Under the pieces are notes generated by a model. The model saw nothing but the letters and a program-made list of their open reading frames with translations. It made no database searches and was not told the origin of the DNA. A program made the position numbers and the translations under genes. Shown here one piece after another: positions 39,067 to 49,643 of a stretch of 64,000 nt of DNA. Source of the stretch: a virus; IMG/VR virus record IMGVR_UViG_3300005573_000060, positions 1-64,000 of that record, one strand, 5' to 3'. The first letter of the stretch is position 1; each line of letters begins with the position of its first letter.

Positions 39067-40008
39067 ATGGTTACTCTTGTAACATCTCATCAGTTTGAGA
39101 TATTTAAACTTTTTTATGAGCATAAATTTCATAAAAAACTTATTGAAAATCTTATTCTATATGTTGATAAAGAAGATGAAAAAGATATAAATGAGTATAA
39201 ATCTATTATAGATTTATCTAAAACGAGAATATTCACAAGAAAAGATATTATTCAATATTATGGAGATTACTATCTTCCAAATTGCCCTTATAATAAAAAG
39301 ATGTATTTTTTAAACATGTTGGCAGAAATGCATCTCATTGATGATGATTTTTATATGACTGATGATGATATTTTGATATATGATGAATCCTTTTATGATA
39401 TAATGAAAGAATCAAAAATAGTTTATGATAAAGATACATGGCCTAAAATAGAAAATTATAAAAATAAGTGGCCAAATGTTTATAAGTGGTATAATGATAA
39501 TAGAGAAGGAGATCCCATATTCATGAGAGCGACTAATTTTTATGTGCCAAAGATTTATGCTCAAGATGTAATGAATATGTTTGCCAAAAAGTTTTTCTCG
39601 TTTATTAGATTACTTAAAAATGAATCTGATTTTATTGATAAATTAAATAGTAGAGCTAAATCTAACAGAGGTTGTGATTTTTGTGTATTTTATCTTGAAG
39701 TTCCATTTTTTGATGATGTTTTTGCTTCTTTAGATAAAAGTTATTTTACTAGAGCTCCTATATATTGTGTGTCTATAACTGAACTTGCAAGAATTAGAGA
39801 TAAATTTAAGACAAATGACATAAAATTTATTCTAGAGAAATATTTGAAAAAATCTAAATATCCTAAAAGGCAGCCTCTATTACACTTTAATATAGGAAAT
39901 AAAAAACCGTTTATGAGTGAAACTTTTAATTTTATCAATAATAGAAATATAAATTATGATGATATAAATGAGCTTCTTAAGCATTATAGCATTCGAAATA
40001 AACATTAA
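39067..40008 (+). CDS. Putative GT-A-fold glycosyltransferase-like protein
   Basis: MTDDDILI DxD-like motif and position at the head of the glycosylation cluster. Confidence 0.35.
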   Translation: MVTLVTSHQFEIFKLFYEHKFHKKLIENLILYVDKEDEKDINEYKSIIDLSKTRIFTRKDIIQYYGDYYLPNCPYNKKMYFLNMLAEMHLIDDDFYMTDDDILIYDESFYDIMKESKIVYDKDTWPKIENYKNKWPNVYKWYNDNREGDPIFMRATNFYVPKIYAQDVMNMFAKKFFSFIRLLKNESDFIDKLNSRAKSNRGCDFCVFYLEVPFFDDVFASLDKSYFTRAPIYCVSITELARIRDKFKTNDIKFILEKYLKKSKYPKRQPLLHFNIGNKKPFMSETFNFINNRNINYDDINELLKHYSIRNKH

Positions 40009-40037
40009 TCTTTATTTAACAATAAAAGAATAAAATT

Positions 40038-41291
40038 ATGAAAATAGCAATGGTTGTTGGCCGCGGCTTCGAAGGCGCCGGAATTCAAATGTACATTAGT
40101 CAATTAACAAAGTATTTAAAGAAAAATGATATAGAGTATTCAGTTTTTGTAGTTGATGATAAAAAGTGGGGTAGAGAAAACATGCAAGAAAAACCTGAAC
40201 ATTCTTTTATTACAAAAGATAACATTGAAACTTTTGCAGATACATTAAATAAATTTGATTATGTTTTTATACACTCTGTCCCATCCATTAAACATTCAGA
40301 TTGGGCTCAAAGGGGATTTCTAGAATTAGTTAAAAAAATAGAAACTAAGAAAATTATTTTTCAAAATGACCATAAGTTACAATCTATACATAGAAACGCA
40401 AATTTTTTAGAAATTTGCAATCTTTGTGATGGAATAGTATCTCATAGTATAACATCACCATTTTATAAGAAATTAGTAGAAACATTTGGAGGCCAAATTA
40501 AATCAAAATTTATTCAATTACACGTAGGTTTTAATTTCGAACCTTTATATAAATATAGAAAAGATAACCATTGGAAAAAGATAACATATCTTGGAAGATA
40601 TGCTACATTTAAACAACCAGATAGACTTTTTGCATTTTTGCCGTATGCAGCTAAAAACAATATTCTTCTTGAAATGAAGGGAGTCGAAAGATCTCTTGGT
40701 GCTCTTCCTATTTTTTATGAATTCGAAGGTAAAAAAATGACAAAAATTCCAAGAAAAGATATCGTAGAATGTAGTTCTAAAGCTATTTTGAATGGTCTTA
40801 TTGTAGATAACGATAAAAGAGATTTAAATAAAATTTATGTTTTTGGACCATATGAACATGAAGAGGCAATGGAAACATTAAGTTCATCTTTAGTTGGTGC
40901 AGATTTTTATCATCTTAGCGCAGATTCTTATGGAGATAATTTTGAGTATGCACAATGCGAAATAGTTGGTGTTGGAACAGTTCCAATGTTTGATTATCAT
41001 TGGGCAGAAAATTGCTGGGTATATGATAAAAATGGAAATAAAACAAATAAAAGATTCATCGATTTAGATGAATATGGTTTATTTGTAAAGAAAGATTTAA
41101 GTAATGTAGAAGAGATAGTAAATAAAATAAATGAAATTTACTCTAATAAAAATTTACATAAAAAATATCTTGAACACAGTCTTCAAGTTACTAAAGATCA
41201 TTGCGATAGTAATTGGATATTTAATAAACTTATAGAAGATATTCAAAAAATAGAATATAAAAATGAAATTAAATCTAAATCTTTATTTTAA
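40038..41291 (+). CDS. agt: DNA alpha-glucosyltransferase homologue (T4 AGT, GT-B)
   Basis: GRGFEGAGI, IHSVPS, FQNDH..RN, LGRYATFK, KGVERS and FEYAQCEIVGVGTVPMF correspond in order to T4 AGT ARGLEGCGV, INSVPA, YQHDH..RN, IGRTTTWK, EGLERS and LEYTHLELGACGTIPVF. Confidence 0.8.
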   Translation: MKIAMVVGRGFEGAGIQMYISQLTKYLKKNDIEYSVFVVDDKKWGRENMQEKPEHSFITKDNIETFADTLNKFDYVFIHSVPSIKHSDWAQRGFLELVKKIETKKIIFQNDHKLQSIHRNANFLEICNLCDGIVSHSITSPFYKKLVETFGGQIKSKFIQLHVGFNFEPLYKYRKDNHWKKITYLGRYATFKQPDRLFAFLPYAAKNNILLEMKGVERSLGALPIFYEFEGKKMTKIPRKDIVECSSKAILNGLIVDNDKRDLNKIYVFGPYEHEEAMETLSSSLVGADFYHLSADSYGDNFEYAQCEIVGVGTVPMFDYHWAENCWVYDKNGNKTNKRFIDLDEYGLFVKKDLSNVEEIVNKINEIYSNKNLHKKYLEHSLQVTKDHCDSNWIFNKLIEDIQKIEYKNEIKSKSLF

Positions 41292-41314
41292 ATTTTTATC
41301 AAAATTTTTTAATT

Positions 41315-42220
41315 ATGGCAAAGAAAATTAAAAGTTCGAAGAAAATTGAAGAAGAACCTAATTTTACAGGTACAACTTTGGTTCCAATTGATCAAAATGA
41401 ATTAACAAAAGAAATAATAAGTAATTCTTTTGTAGATAAACTTGTTAATATAGTGTATACTGATGCAAAAATAGTACATATTGAAGATCGTAGGTATGGA
41501 AGCAAAGATATACATCTATCTGATTTTAAAGCATCTTTTAAAATTACAAAAAAGCAATTAGAAGAAATAAGTTCTGCTATGGGACCAATGGATGAAGATA
41601 AGATAGCTTATGATGTTCTAAAGAATGAAATGATATTAAGTGTGAATAAAATTGTAGCAGACTATATAGAAAAAATTGCTTATCAGAATTATAAAAACGA
41701 ATTTTCTTTTACAGATAATCTTAAAGAACGTTTATTTAAATTATTTAAAAAAGAATATGTTAAAATTAAACATTTTAATAAAAATAATGATATTTTATAT
41801 GAATTCTCTCATTTAGAATATAAGAATACTAATCTTCTTATCAATAAATTTGAACAATATGAAAATTCTTATTTTATTTTATGCGACACTCAAACATTTT
41901 CTTATTTAAATACTATGAGCAGTTTTATGAAAATTGATGAAAAAAGTTTACTTAATAGTATTAAAAGAGGAAAATTTGCTTACTTTGATGTTGTATCAAA
42001 CACATCTATTCCGCAAAATTATAATTATAGTAAATTTTTATTTGGTTCTAAAAATGAATGTGTTAAACTTTATGTGTGTCCTCAGGGAACTAGATTAGAA
42101 AAAATAATGAATGATAAAGAAATAACTTATTCATTAAATATGTCATTTTCTTTATACAAAATTAGTGATGATGCAGATTCATTATATAGATTAATTAATT
42201 ACAAAAATGATAACCTATGA
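41315..42220 (+). CDS. Truncated, diverged gp23/gp24 capsid-fold paralog
   Basis: ITKKQLEEISSAMGPMD..VLKNEMILSVNKIVADYI, YFILCD, RGKFAYFDVV, FLFGSK and LYVCP align in order with conserved gp23 blocks. Confidence 0.5.
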   Translation: MAKKIKSSKKIEEEPNFTGTTLVPIDQNELTKEIISNSFVDKLVNIVYTDAKIVHIEDRRYGSKDIHLSDFKASFKITKKQLEEISSAMGPMDEDKIAYDVLKNEMILSVNKIVADYIEKIAYQNYKNEFSFTDNLKERLFKLFKKEYVKIKHFNKNNDILYEFSHLEYKNTNLLINKFEQYENSYFILCDTQTFSYLNTMSSFMKIDEKSLLNSIKRGKFAYFDVVSNTSIPQNYNYSKFLFGSKNECVKLYVCPQGTRLEKIMNDKEITYSLNMSFSLYKISDDADSLYRLINYKNDNL

Positions 42221-42501
42221 ATAATTTAGATCTACGAATAAAATATAAATTTGATAGTGGATTATATCCAGTTTATCCATGTAAAAATAGAGGAAACGTA
42301 TATAAAGGTTTGTTAACAGATGAGTACGCAAAATGGATGGAAGAATATATCGACGTTAAACTAACAACTGATTTAAGGTTACAATTTTTAAGAGACACTG
42401 GTTCTTATGCAACTTATCTTAAAGATGAAGAAAAAAGAATCATTGGTTACAAAAAAGCGTATAAAGAATGGCTAGAAAATATAATATGTAAAATTAAATA
42501 A
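42217..42501 (+). CDS. Small hypothetical protein with internal duplication
   Basis: LRIKYKFDSGLYPVY..YAKWME and LRLQFLRDTGSYATY..YKEWLE. Confidence 0.55.
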   Translation: MNNLDLRIKYKFDSGLYPVYPCKNRGNVYKGLLTDEYAKWMEEYIDVKLTTDLRLQFLRDTGSYATYLKDEEKRIIGYKKAYKEWLENIICKIK

Positions 42502-42503
42502 AA

Positions 42504-43238
42504 ATGAGAAATTTAATAAATGAACGCTTTGATAAAGTTGTATGCATTTCTTTAAAAGAAAGAAATGATAAATATGTTCATTCAGTTGAGCAATTTAAAA
42601 AACATAATATTGAAGTCGAATTTTTTAGACCGGTTATACCAGGATATGCCTCGAAGTTTATAGAACTTTATGCTGATAAATATAATAGATATGATGTAAA
42701 TCATGTTTTATTTAATAAGCATTTTCCCAATGAACTTGGAGCAATGCAATCTCATTATTATGTTATTAAATCTGCATTGTTAGATGGAGCAAAAAGCATA
42801 TTTATATTTGAGGATGACTGTGTATTTCATAAAAATTTTGATGAACTTTTACCCATTTATTTTAATACTATTCCATCCGATGCGGATGGCATACTTTTAT
42901 ACTCTTATATGTCTAAACTAGAGCCTCAAAATGTCAGAGCTTCTGCGAGATGGACGAAAGGATATGCTAGCTGGAGTGTGATTGCGTATGGAATGAAAGA
43001 AGACGCAATGAAGAAATATATAGAATTACAAGATACACAGCCAATGATTTCTGATAAAGCTACATGGACAATGATGACACATCTTAATTATAATTTTTAC
43101 ATAGCAACACCTCCATTGATTATTCCATCCAAGAGTTTAACAAGCTCTATAAGAGGAGATAATAAAAATTATGAGAAGCCTATTTTTGCAGGAGGAAATA
43201 TATTCATGTTAGGAATTAATCCAAATGATTACGAATAG
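42504..43238 (+). CDS. Glycosyltransferase family 25
   Basis: VCISLKERNDK, ELGAMQSH and IFEDD. Confidence 0.8.
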   Translation: MRNLINERFDKVVCISLKERNDKYVHSVEQFKKHNIEVEFFRPVIPGYASKFIELYADKYNRYDVNHVLFNKHFPNELGAMQSHYYVIKSALLDGAKSIFIFEDDCVFHKNFDELLPIYFNTIPSDADGILLYSYMSKLEPQNVRASARWTKGYASWSVIAYGMKEDAMKKYIELQDTQPMISDKATWTMMTHLNYNFYIATPPLIIPSKSLTSSIRGDNKNYEKPIFAGGNIFMLGINPNDYE

Positions 43239-43256
43239 TTAAATTTTTATTTTAGA

Positions 43257-44108
43257 ATGGATACAATAAAAGTCTGGTTTACAGATTTCTGGCCTGAATG
43301 GAATAGTGAAGATTTTATAACACCTATTTTAAAAAGACATTTTAATGTAATTTTAGATAAAAATAAACCAGACGTTTTATTTCATTCTATTTTTAACTCA
43401 ATGAGAGATACACCGAACTATAATTGTAAAAAAATATTATATTTGGGAGAAAATCATAGAGCATCCAATTTTAAATCAGATTATACAATATCATTTGATC
43501 CTCATACTGAAAAAAATTTCAGATTACCTTTATGGCAAGTTTACATATTATTAAAACCTGAATTAAAGAATCGTTTATATAACAGATTAAATTATAAAGA
43601 GCAGGAATTTGAAAGATGGTGTGCATTTATCGTCTCCAATCCATCAAACTTTATCAGGAATAGCGCTTTTTCATATCTTAATTCTTATAAACATGTGAAT
43701 TCGTATGGAAGATTTATGACAAATGATTTTTCTTTACAAAATATTTCACGAAATAAATATTGGAGAGATGCAAAAGATGAATTTTTTCTGAAACATCCTC
43801 ATAAATTTATGATGGCATATGAAAATACTCCTTATAGATATTATTGTACAGAAAAATTAATGGATGCATTTCTTGTGGGTTCTATGCCTATTTATTGGGG
43901 TGATCCAAAAGTTAGTGAAGACTGGAACAAAGATGCATTTATAGATGTTACGAAACAAGAAATTGATATTGTTAAAAGTATTGATAAAGATTGGAAGAGA
44001 TTTGAAGAAATGTATAAACAACCTGTATTTACAGAAGAACAAAAGAAAAAACACGAAGATAACATGAAGAATTTTGAAAGTTGGTTAATTAATAAAGTTG
44101 AAAAATGA
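43257..44108 (+). CDS. Glycosyltransferase family 10 (alpha-1,3-fucosyltransferase-like)
   Basis: KFMMAYENT..YCTEKLMDAFLVGSMPIYWG is the GT10 motif. CAFIVSN is also present. Confidence 0.85.
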   Translation: MDTIKVWFTDFWPEWNSEDFITPILKRHFNVILDKNKPDVLFHSIFNSMRDTPNYNCKKILYLGENHRASNFKSDYTISFDPHTEKNFRLPLWQVYILLKPELKNRLYNRLNYKEQEFERWCAFIVSNPSNFIRNSAFSYLNSYKHVNSYGRFMTNDFSLQNISRNKYWRDAKDEFFLKHPHKFMMAYENTPYRYYCTEKLMDAFLVGSMPIYWGDPKVSEDWNKDAFIDVTKQEIDIVKSIDKDWKRFEEMYKQPVFTEEQKKKHEDNMKNFESWLINKVEK

Positions 44109-45967
44109 ATATCATAATACCATTAGGCGGAAAAGGAAAGAGATTTTCGGAATTTGGTTATACACAACCAAAACCTCTTATAAAAGTTCTCGGAAAAGAA
44201 ATTTTATTTTGGGTAATTGATTGCCTCAAACTTAGCGAAAATGATAAAATTTATATTCCTTATAATGAAGAGCTTGATTATTATAATTTTGAAAATTATA
44301 TAAGAGCTAAATATTCAAATATAGAAATAAAGGCTATCAAAGATACTAGAGGAGCTGCAGAAACAATATATGAAGCTATAAAACAGTTTAATATTAAAGG
44401 AGAAACCGCAATAATTGATGGAGATACATGGTATGAAGATGATATTATCGAAAAACTTAAATTAATTGATTCGAATGCCGTCTTATATTTTATTTCAGAG
44501 GAAACTAATCCAATATATTCCTATATTCTCACGGACAACACAAGAATAATTGATATAAAAGAAAAACAAAAAATATCTAACAAAGCTAATACGGGATGTT
44601 ATTTTTTTAAATCCACAGAAAAATTATTAGAATATTTACAGAAAATAGATTTTGAAAAATCTACTCATGAACTTTATATTTCGCATGTTATCAAAAATAT
44701 GCTTGACTCAAATGAAAGTTTTGTAGCTATTCCGATTAATAAATTTCATATTTTAGGTACTCCAAAACAAATTATTCATTTTTCTGAGACCTTTAAAATT
44801 TCTCCAAAAAGATTTTGTTTTGATTTAGATAATACAATTGTTACATATCCGAAAATTGCCGGTGATTATACAAGTGTTGAACCAATATGGAGTGTAATTA
44901 ATGTAATGAGAAAATTAAAAAATAAAGGGCACACTATCATTATATATACCTCTCGAAGAATGAAGACTCATAACGGTAATGTAGGAGCCGTCATCAAAGA
45001 TATTGGAAAAATAACGATCGATACACTTAATAAATACAACATTCCTTATGATGAATTAGTTTTCGGAAAGCCTTACGCAGATTTTTACATTGACGATTTG
45101 ATGATTAATCCTAAATTAGACCTGAATAAAGAATTGGGGTTTTATTTAGATAATGTTAAACCTCGTCATTTTAATAAAACTTTTAGTGAGGGAACCTTTT
45201 TTATCAAGGAATCAAATTCAAACGAATATTCAAACAAAATAAATGCAGAAAAGTATTATTATGAGTGGGTAAATTCTTTTTCTCCAGAAAACATTAGGAA
45301 ATATTTTCCAAAAATATATCCATCTAAAGAAAACTCAATTAAAATAGACTTAATTGATGGGCTAACTTTTTCTTCTTTATATGTTAATGGTATTTTGACA
45401 ACACATCACTTACAATTATTAATTGATGCCTTAAAGCAAATTCATCAAGTAAAGGAAAATGATACTATTTATTATGACTATTACCATTATAATGAAAAAT
45501 TATTTGAACGTTGGAATTCTTTTGATTATGTAAATTATGGATTAAATTGGAACTTATTTAATGAATTGATTAATAAACTTAAAGATGTTTGTAAAAAAGG
45601 AATCAAAAGAACTATGATTCATGGAGACCCGGTTTTTAGTAATGTGCTTTTAGACAAAAACGATAACATTAAATTCGTTGATGTGCGAGGAATTGAGGGC
45701 AATACTTTTACGATATATGGACATAATCTTTATGATTACGCAAAAATATATCAATCTTTAACCGGATATGATGAAATATTATTAGACAAAAGAATTAAAA
45801 GATCGTACAAGGAAAATTTATTATCTTATTACGAAAACCTGTTTAGCAAAGAAGAATTAGAACATATAAAATTAATAACTGCGTCATTGTATTTTTCTTT
45901 GATACCACTTCATAATGAAAAAGAAAAGTATATTAAGTACGTAAAACTGTTTAAGGAATTGTTATGA
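44105..45967 (+). CDS. Trifunctional NTP-transferase / HAD-like capsule phosphatase / APH-choline-kinase-like protein
   Basis: PLGGKGKRF..PKPL; CFDLDNTI..FGKPYADFYIDD; IHGDPVFSN..FVDVRG..DYAKIYQS. Confidence 0.8.
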   Translation: MNIIIPLGGKGKRFSEFGYTQPKPLIKVLGKEILFWVIDCLKLSENDKIYIPYNEELDYYNFENYIRAKYSNIEIKAIKDTRGAAETIYEAIKQFNIKGETAIIDGDTWYEDDIIEKLKLIDSNAVLYFISEETNPIYSYILTDNTRIIDIKEKQKISNKANTGCYFFKSTEKLLEYLQKIDFEKSTHELYISHVIKNMLDSNESFVAIPINKFHILGTPKQIIHFSETFKISPKRFCFDLDNTIVTYPKIAGDYTSVEPIWSVINVMRKLKNKGHTIIIYTSRRMKTHNGNVGAVIKDIGKITIDTLNKYNIPYDELVFGKPYADFYIDDLMINPKLDLNKELGFYLDNVKPRHFNKTFSEGTFFIKESNSNEYSNKINAEKYYYEWVNSFSPENIRKYFPKIYPSKENSIKIDLIDGLTFSSLYVNGILTTHHLQLLIDALKQIHQVKENDTIYYDYYHYNEKLFERWNSFDYVNYGLNWNLFNELINKLKDVCKKGIKRTMIHGDPVFSNVLLDKNDNIKFVDVRGIEGNTFTIYGHNLYDYAKIYQSLTGYDEILLDKRIKRSYKENLLSYYENLFSKEELEHIKLITASLYFSLIPLHNEKEKYIKYVKLFKELL

Positions 45968-46623
45968 GAACTGCTGTATTATTAACAGGGCATACTCGAT
46001 CTTGGGATAAATGTGTAGATAGTTTTAAAAAATACATTTTAAAGCCTTTTAGCCCAGATATTTTTATTCATACGTGGCAAGAACCAAATATTCCAACTAA
46101 CAATAATAAAATTAATTACTTAAAAGTATATGATTTAAAAGAACTTCTTCCTATTAGTTATGTATCAGAATCATGGGAGAATGTTAGTGATGAATTAGAA
46201 AAAAGATCAAAATTTTTTACTCGAAAAAATCATTATGATGATCCAGTAAATACATTATCTCAACATCGAAAATGGTTTTTATGTAATGAATTGAAAAAAA
46301 TATATGAAAAACAAAATAATTTCATATATGATGTAGTAATTCGAACAAGAATAGATTTAAAATATGAAAATGAACTTCCAATTAATCTAAATTATGATAT
46401 AATTACCACACCCGAAGAATATTCTTTTAATATAATATCCGATGTCATGTGTATCACATCCTCCACTAACATGAACTTGTATTGCGATATTTTTAATAAA
46501 GAAGAAGAAATTTATACAAAATATGAAATACTATATAATCCGCATACGGTTTTAAAAAATTATCTTGATCACGTCAATTTAAAATATGAAAAAACAAAAT
46601 TAAATATTAAAATAGAAAAATGA
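45964..46623 (+). CDS. Putative glycosyltransferase (xxLxGxxR family)
   Basis: AVLLTGHTR, DIFIHTW and YDVVIRTRID. Confidence 0.55.
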   Translation: MRTAVLLTGHTRSWDKCVDSFKKYILKPFSPDIFIHTWQEPNIPTNNNKINYLKVYDLKELLPISYVSESWENVSDELEKRSKFFTRKNHYDDPVNTLSQHRKWFLCNELKKIYEKQNNFIYDVVIRTRIDLKYENELPINLNYDIITTPEEYSFNIISDVMCITSSTNMNLYCDIFNKEEEIYTKYEILYNPHTVLKNYLDHVNLKYEKTKLNIKIEK

Positions 46624-47366
46624 AAATAGCGCTTTGTTTAAAGGGACAGCCTCGAAATTATGAAAAAGGATACGATCATATTAAACGAGAAATTCTTGAT
46701 AAATATGATGCTGATGTATTTGGTCATTGTTGGTGGGACAAAAATAAAATAGGCCAACCATATAGTACTGCGCCTTGGGCTTCAGGTAACTATACAATCG
46801 AAGATAATATACCTGAAAAATTATACAAACTTTATAAATTTATTGCAATTACATTCGAATCTCCAAAAACTTTTATTGCTAAAAGAGCTTATAATATTCC
46901 AAGAGATCCTGAAAAATCTTTTGATTCTTATAAGTCAAATTATTATTCTCAAAATAAAGTTCTTTCTTTAGTTAAAGACCATGAAAATGTTAATGGTGAG
47001 TATGATTGGCTAATAATAACACGATATGACATCGAAATTTCAAATTTTCCGAATCTTTTTGAATTAGACAAAGATAAAATTTATGTAGATCATTTTCACG
47101 GGAGTCGAAAATTTGTTTTTAACGACAATCTCTGGATATTTGGTAATCACAAATATGCTTTTATTGATATATACGAAAAATTCGATGAAGTGTATGATAA
47201 AATGATTAACATGCCGGAGAATTTTAAAAATATTATTAAAGGCACAGAATTAGAAACAGTTAAATATCTGGCGTCAGAAAATCACATATCTTTGCATTTA
47301 TTATTTAAAAATTTGTTAGAAAAAGTCATTACATTAGATAATTTTTCTTATAATATAATACGATGA
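46620..47366 (+). CDS. Putative glycosyltransferase, paralog of previous gene
   Basis: ALCLKGQPR, DVFGHCW and YDWLIITRYD. Confidence 0.55.
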   Translation: MKIALCLKGQPRNYEKGYDHIKREILDKYDADVFGHCWWDKNKIGQPYSTAPWASGNYTIEDNIPEKLYKLYKFIAITFESPKTFIAKRAYNIPRDPEKSFDSYKSNYYSQNKVLSLVKDHENVNGEYDWLIITRYDIEISNFPNLFELDKDKIYVDHFHGSRKFVFNDNLWIFGNHKYAFIDIYEKFDEVYDKMINMPENFKNIIKGTELETVKYLASENHISLHLLFKNLLEKVITLDNFSYNIIR

Positions 47367-48304
47367 AAATAGCATTCCATACAAATCATTTAGGAATTGC
47401 AGGAACTGAGGTTGCTGTATTTGATTATGCCTTTTTCAATCAACAACTTTTAAACAATGAATCGATAATAGTTTCCAGATTAAATCCTGCGCAAGATGAT
47501 CCCGAAGTTATTGAAAAGTTTAAAAACCATTTTAAAGTTATTCAGTATAACGATTTTTCAGAAGTTGAAAAAATATTAGATGAAAATAAAGTCGATGTAT
47601 TTTATGCGTTAAAATCTGGTGAAAACGATGGCATAGTATCGAAAGGAAGAAAAAGCGTAATTCACTGTGTATTTGGAGAAACATATGAGCCCCACGGAAA
47701 TGTTTATGCATATATATCTGAATGGCTTTCAAAACGTATGAATTTTGGTATTCATCCCTGGGTACCTCACATGATTAATTTACCAGAAGAAGACGGAGAT
47801 TATCGGGAATTTTTAAAAATTCCTAAAGACGCAATCGTATTTGGAAGATATGGCAGTTATAAAACATTTGATATTACATTTGTTCATGAAGCGATTAAAG
47901 ATGTTATCGAAAAAAGAAAAAACGCATATTTCTTATTTGCAAATACTCAGCCATTTTTTATTCATCCAAGAATAATTTATCTTAAATCATTGATTGATTT
48001 ACGACAAAAGGTTAGATTCATAAATACATGTGATGCAATGTTGCATGCCCGAAAAAGAGGAGAAACTTTTGGCTTAGCATGCGGAGAGTTCTCAATAAAG
48101 AACAAACCAATTATAACTTATGGATTTTCTCCGGAAAGAAATCATCTCGATATTTTAAAAGATAAAGCTATTATATACTATAACAATGTAGATTTAATTA
48201 AAATCTTAAACACATTTGAGCCATCTCAGAAAAATTGGGATGCTTATTCTAAAGAATATACGCCCGAAAAAGTTATGCAAAAATTTAAAACAGTGTTTTT
48301 ATGA
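47363..48304 (+). CDS. GT-B fold glycosyltransferase (GT4-like)
   Basis: GTEVAVFDYA and CDAMLHARKRGETFGLACGEF (E-x7-E motif). Confidence 0.75.
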   Translation: MKIAFHTNHLGIAGTEVAVFDYAFFNQQLLNNESIIVSRLNPAQDDPEVIEKFKNHFKVIQYNDFSEVEKILDENKVDVFYALKSGENDGIVSKGRKSVIHCVFGETYEPHGNVYAYISEWLSKRMNFGIHPWVPHMINLPEEDGDYREFLKIPKDAIVFGRYGSYKTFDITFVHEAIKDVIEKRKNAYFLFANTQPFFIHPRIIYLKSLIDLRQKVRFINTCDAMLHARKRGETFGLACGEFSIKNKPIITYGFSPERNHLDILKDKAIIYYNNVDLIKILNTFEPSQKNWDAYSKEYTPEKVMQKFKTVFL

Positions 48305-48951
48305 TATTCGATTATTTGACAAAATTAAGAGATCATGGCTTTACACCGTTAAATTTAATTGATATTGGCGCAAATAAAGGGGAATTTTCTCTACGTTGTA
48401 AACAAATTTGGCCCTTTTTAACGACATTTTATTTAGTTGAAGCTGATGAAGATAATCAATTTTATTTATCAACTACAGGTTTTCATATTTATAACGAGTT
48501 ATTAGGTGATGAAGATGGAAAAATCGTTACGTTTTACAAAACTAAAGATTCAGTGGGGTGTACAGGAAATTCTTATTATCGTGAAAAGACTGTTCATTAT
48601 ACAGATGATCATGTAATTCGAGTAAACAAAAAAATGATTACATTGGATACATTATTCAAAGATAAAGGCATTAAATTTGATTTTGCGAAATTAGATACGC
48701 AAGGATCTGAACTTGATATATTAAAAGGTGGCACACAAACTTTATCATCATGTAAATACATTTTAATTGAAGTATCTCTTAAATATTATAATGAAGGAGT
48801 TCCGTTAAAACATGACATCATAAACTTTATGAAGAATTTTTCATATAATAATTATGAAATACTTGAACAACATGTTTGGGAACATCCTGAGCCTGCGGGA
48901 GATATTAAAATTGGAGATGTATTTCAAGAGGATATAATATTTTTCAAATGA
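48301..48951 (+). CDS. FkbM-family methyltransferase
   Basis: IDIGANKG and KLDTQGSELDILKG. Confidence 0.85.
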   Translation: MIFDYLTKLRDHGFTPLNLIDIGANKGEFSLRCKQIWPFLTTFYLVEADEDNQFYLSTTGFHIYNELLGDEDGKIVTFYKTKDSVGCTGNSYYREKTVHYTDDHVIRVNKKMITLDTLFKDKGIKFDFAKLDTQGSELDILKGGTQTLSSCKYILIEVSLKYYNEGVPLKHDIINFMKNFSYNNYEILEQHVWEHPEPAGDIKIGDVFQEDIIFFK

Positions 48952-49631
48952 GTTATATAATTGTTATATCATTAAAACGCGCCTTAGAGCGTAGAGAAAA
49001 AATTGTTAATCAGCTAAAATCTTTGAATATTGAGGCTATTATAATGGATGCTGTTGATGGTCAAGAATTATCTAAAGATCAATTAGATAGAAAAATATGT
49101 TTGCCTGGTGGATGGAGATTTGGCGAAAAATTTATGCCAGGAGAAATAGGATGTATAATGAGTCATATTAACGCTCTTAAAATGGCGAAAATAAGAGATT
49201 GGCCATACGTAATCGTTTTAGAAGATGATATAACGATTGCGCAAGATTTTGAAAAAAGAATTAAATTGTTATTTAAACTTTTACCAACAGATTGGGAACA
49301 CGTGTATTTATCAGGTAAACCTAATATTATACCTCCTTCCACGTTGTTATTATTTCCTAATGTAATTAAAACTAATGGAGTTCAACAGACGCATTCTATG
49401 ATTATTAATAAAAACGCATATGATAAAGTTATTGAAAAATTAGAAAAATTTGAAACAGCTGCAGATGATGCATATATGGATATGATAGCTAAAAATGATC
49501 TTATTTCATATACGTATTATCCATTTGTAACTTATGCAAATTCTGATTATTCATATATTTGGAATAAAGCAGTAGGGCACAATGTTAAAAATGAATCTCG
49601 ATATTATTTTAAAGATAAAATATTTGAATGA
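48948..49631 (+). CDS. Glycosyltransferase family 25
   Basis: ISLKRALERR, DAVDG, GEIGCIMSH and VLEDD. Confidence 0.85.
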   Translation: MSYIIVISLKRALERREKIVNQLKSLNIEAIIMDAVDGQELSKDQLDRKICLPGGWRFGEKFMPGEIGCIMSHINALKMAKIRDWPYVIVLEDDITIAQDFEKRIKLLFKLLPTDWEHVYLSGKPNIIPPSTLLLFPNVIKTNGVQQTHSMIINKNAYDKVIEKLEKFETAADDAYMDMIAKNDLISYTYYPFVTYANSDYSYIWNKAVGHNVKNESRYYFKDKIFE

Positions 49632-49643
49632 AAGAGCTTTTAT

